This document shows positions 47,187 to 49,641 of a stretch of DNA of 49,641 nucleotides, in pieces. Within the stretch, counting starts at the first letter, position 1; each line of letters starts with the position of its first letter. Position numbers and translations under genes: made by a program. The notes under the pieces are model-generated. The model did no database searches, was not told where the DNA came from, and worked only from the letters and a program-made list of their open reading frames with translations. This stretch comes from Lachnospiraceae bacterium. Lineage in GTDB: Bacteria > Bacillota > Clostridia > Oscillospirales > Oscillospiraceae. The stretch spans positions 1-49,641 of the forward strand of contig CAVKBJ010000001.1 in the NCBI GenBank assembly GCA_963654505.1. Direction: 5' to 3'.

Positions 47187-47657
47187 ATGCAGGGGGATTT
47201 TGAGGCGTTCTATCTACGGCACTTCAAAGACGTCTACCGCGTCTGCTATGCCTTTATGAAAAACGCGCAGGACGCCGAGGACTGCACGGAGGATGCCTTT
47301 GTGCGGGCGATGACCTGTGGCGTCGCCTTTGAAAATGAGCGCCACGAGCGTTCGTGGCTGACGACCACGGCGATGAACGTCTGCAAGGATAAGCTCAAGC
47401 ACTGGTGGCGGCGGAAGGTGACGCCCATCGACGAGGAGACCAATCTGGCCGCAGAGACGGACGAGAAAAGCGAGGTCGCGGACGCGGTCATGGCTCTGCC
47501 CATGAAGTACAAGGAGGTCGTCTGGCTGTATTACTACGAGGGCTATCAGACAGACGAGATCGCGGCGATGCTTGGCCGCGCGCCGTCTACGGTGCGCAAT
47601 CAGCTGCGCGACGCCCGCGCGAAATTGAAGCTGACCCTGGGAGGTGAGGGCGCATGA
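47187..47657 (+). CDS. ECF sigma factor
   Basis: DAEDCTEDAF (region 2) and EIAAMLG..STV (region 4); TTGACA-17-TATGCT promoter at 47119-47147. Confidence 0.9.
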   Translation: MQGDFEAFYLRHFKDVYRVCYAFMKNAQDAEDCTEDAFVRAMTCGVAFENERHERSWLTTTAMNVCKDKLKHWWRRKVTPIDEETNLAAETDEKSEVADAVMALPMKYKEVVWLYYYEGYQTDEIAAMLGRAPSTVRNQLRDARAKLKLTLGGEGA

Positions 47658-48304
47658 ACGAAAACGAAGTGAAAAAAGCGTTCGATACGATTGAGCCGGA
47701 GCGCGGCGCACAGGAGCGGATGTACGCCAACATTCTGAAAAAGGCCGCGGCGCAGGGCGGAGAAAAGCGCGCCGAGAGCGCGCAGGCCGCCCGCAGGCCG
47801 ATCCCGATGTGGAAACGTGTGAGCGCGATGACTGCGTGTCTTGTGATCGCCGCGACCGTCACGCTTGGCTTCCTGCATCCGTTCCTCGTTGATGGCGGCG
47901 AGGGAGACGAGCCGCCCGTGCTGGCGGTATCGCCCTTTGAGGACGTGCAGAGTGCGGCGGATTTTGAAAAGCTCGGCTTCACCATCGACGCGCCGGCGGG
48001 CGCGGAGAGCGTGACCTACTGCATCTGCGATGGCGAGATCGCCCGTGTGGACTTTACGCTCGGCGGCCATGAGTACACCTATGAGGCCGCGAAGCTGGAG
48101 GGCAACTTCTCCCGCGCGAATGGCGATGCCGTCGGCAGCACCTCGCTCAACGCGGAGTACGGCGCGACGCTCGACCGCCTTTCGCCCGACAGCTGGCGGG
48201 CGCACTGGAGCCGCGGCGATGTCAGCTGTTATCTGACGAACCTCGACGGTGCGGAGGAGGCGGACGTTACCGCCGTCGCGCAGACGCTGATGGAAAGCAA
48301 GTGA
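47654..48304 (+). CDS. Putative membrane anti-sigma factor
   Basis: ATGA overlap with the ECF gene; cytoplasmic N-terminus, single TM segment, acidic extracellular domain. Confidence 0.65.
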   Translation: MNENEVKKAFDTIEPERGAQERMYANILKKAAAQGGEKRAESAQAARRPIPMWKRVSAMTACLVIAATVTLGFLHPFLVDGGEGDEPPVLAVSPFEDVQSAADFEKLGFTIDAPAGAESVTYCICDGEIARVDFTLGGHEYTYEAAKLEGNFSRANGDAVGSTSLNAEYGATLDRLSPDSWRAHWSRGDVSCYLTNLDGAEEADVTAVAQTLMESK

Positions 48305-48311
48305 ATACGGC

Positions 48312-48347
48312 AAAAAATCGGAGAGTGAAAAACTCTCCGATTTTTTT
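48312..48347 (+). terminator. Intrinsic terminator
   Basis: ATCGGAGAGT/ACTCTCCGAT stem plus T tract. Confidence 0.8.
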
Positions 48348-48473
48348 GTGTTTCTCCCGACATTTTGCCGCGGCCGTTCGTATGGATAGACGGACGGGCG
48401 GGAGAGCGGCGTTTCCGGAGACGCCGCCCCGACACCCGCGTGACAACATCATGAATGGTAAGGAGAATTTACG

Positions 48474-49124
48474 ATGAAACGAATTTTGATTTTTGTGCTG
48501 ACTGCGGCAATGCTTCTTTCCCTCGCCGCCTGCGGCGGTAAGTCCAGCGACAGCGGGAAAACCGACGCGGAGGTGATCATGACCGCGCAGGAGGTCATGG
48601 ATGCCCTGAAAGAGAAGCTGGGCGACAGCTTCAACTGCGACACCGCCGAGAGTGAGGACCGCATGAGCGGCTATTGGGGCCTTGACATGGAGCAGGTCGA
48701 GAGCTGGGCGGCGATGAGCAGCTCCAACTCGGCCATCGACCCCAGCTCCGCCGTGGTGCTCAAGGTGAAGGACGGCTATGCGCAGGACGCGGCCGCGCTG
48801 CTCCAGACCGGCTATGAGCAGGTGCTCAGCTATTCGCGTATGTACAACATGGATCTGCAAAAGGTCTTGCAGGCGCGGCTGTTCGTGAACGGTGACTATG
48901 TGGCGCTGCTGATCCTCGGCGCAACGGGCGACTGGGAGGACAGTGACGAGGAGCAGGCGAAGTTCGCCGCCGACGAGGCCGCGAAGGTGGACGCAGCATG
49001 GAGCGATATTTTCGGCTCGGCGGAAAACGTCATCACGATTCCCGAGGACGACGGGAACAGCGGCGGCTTTTTCGACATGAGCGAGGATGCGCTGCCCGGT
49101 GACGAGATCATACTCGGCAGCTGA
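48474..49124 (+). CDS. DUF4358-like lipoprotein
   Basis: Lipobox LAAC; acidic body; sits just before an MBOAT gene. Confidence 0.65.
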   Translation: MKRILIFVLTAAMLLSLAACGGKSSDSGKTDAEVIMTAQEVMDALKEKLGDSFNCDTAESEDRMSGYWGLDMEQVESWAAMSSSNSAIDPSSAVVLKVKDGYAQDAAALLQTGYEQVLSYSRMYNMDLQKVLQARLFVNGDYVALLILGATGDWEDSDEEQAKFAADEAAKVDAAWSDIFGSAENVITIPEDDGNSGGFFDMSEDALPGDEIILGS

Positions 49125-49125
49125 T

Positions 49126-49641
49126 ATGGTATTCTCCAGTCTGACCTTTTTGCAGGGCTTCCTGCCGCTGTGCCTGCTGGCGTATTTCCTCGCACCGAAA
49201 GCGTGGCGCAACGGCGTGCTGTTCGCCTTCAGCCTGCTCTTTTACGCATGGGGCGAACCGGTCTACGTAGCGCTGATGCTCTTTTCCACCGCGCTGGACT
49301 ACACCTGCGGCCTTGCGGTGGAGCGGTACCGTGGGCGGCGCGGGGCAAAGCTCGCGCTTCTGACCTCCGTTTGCGTCAATCTCGGACTGCTGGGCGTGTT
49401 CAAATACAGCGACTTCCTCATTGGAACGGTCAACTCCCTGCTTGGCACGGCGCTCCCGCAGCCGAACCTGCCCCTGCCCATCGGCATCAGCTTCTACACC
49501 TTCCAGACCATGAGCTACACCATCGACGTCTACCGCGGGGAAGCGAAGGCGCAGAAAAATATCATCAACTTCGGGGCCTATGTGACCCTGTTCCCCCAGC
49601 TCATCGCGGGGCCCATTGTCCGCTACCAGACAGTGGCGGAG
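49126..49641 (+). CDS. MBOAT O-acyltransferase (AlgI/PatA-like), partial
   Basis: Not in the ORF track; MVFSSLTF..., FYAWGEP, LPIGISFYTFQ, FPQLIAGPIVRY; runs off the window. Confidence 0.9.
   Translation, partial: MVFSSLTFLQGFLPLCLLAYFLAPKAWRNGVLFAFSLLFYAWGEPVYVALMLFSTALDYTCGLAVERYRGRRGAKLALLTSVCVNLGLLGVFKYSDFLIGTVNSLLGTALPQPNLPLPIGISFYTFQTMSYTIDVYRGEAKAQKNIINFGAYVTLFPQLIAGPIVRYQTVAE

Overview
High-GC chromosomal segment of a spore-forming clostridial bacterium (Oscillospiraceae-like, inferred from gene content and order). 1-6616 (-): compact, intact phage head-neck-tail operon (short TerS, PBSX-type TerL, portal, protease/scaffold, decoration, major capsid, neck proteins, tail sheath running off the left edge). 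It has host-like composition and no integrase, repressor or replication gene at its visible end, so it is a candidate gene-transfer-agent-like element. Then housekeeping genes: APC permease, recG, folA-thyA, spo0A-spoIVB, a reduced dcw cluster (mraZ to ftsZ), rsmD-coaD, transporters and a radical SAM gene. About 33.4-36.2 kb: AT-richer xis-int island at tRNA-Leu(CAA), where the host tRNA is cut at the anticodon loop and a second complete tRNA-Leu with its own promoter follows. Right part: lipoprotein plus two-component system, DUF1385-prmC-recA-recX-rimO-pgsA-cysS, and an ECF sigma/anti-sigma/lipoprotein/MBOAT module. All calls come from reading motifs by eye; no searches were run.
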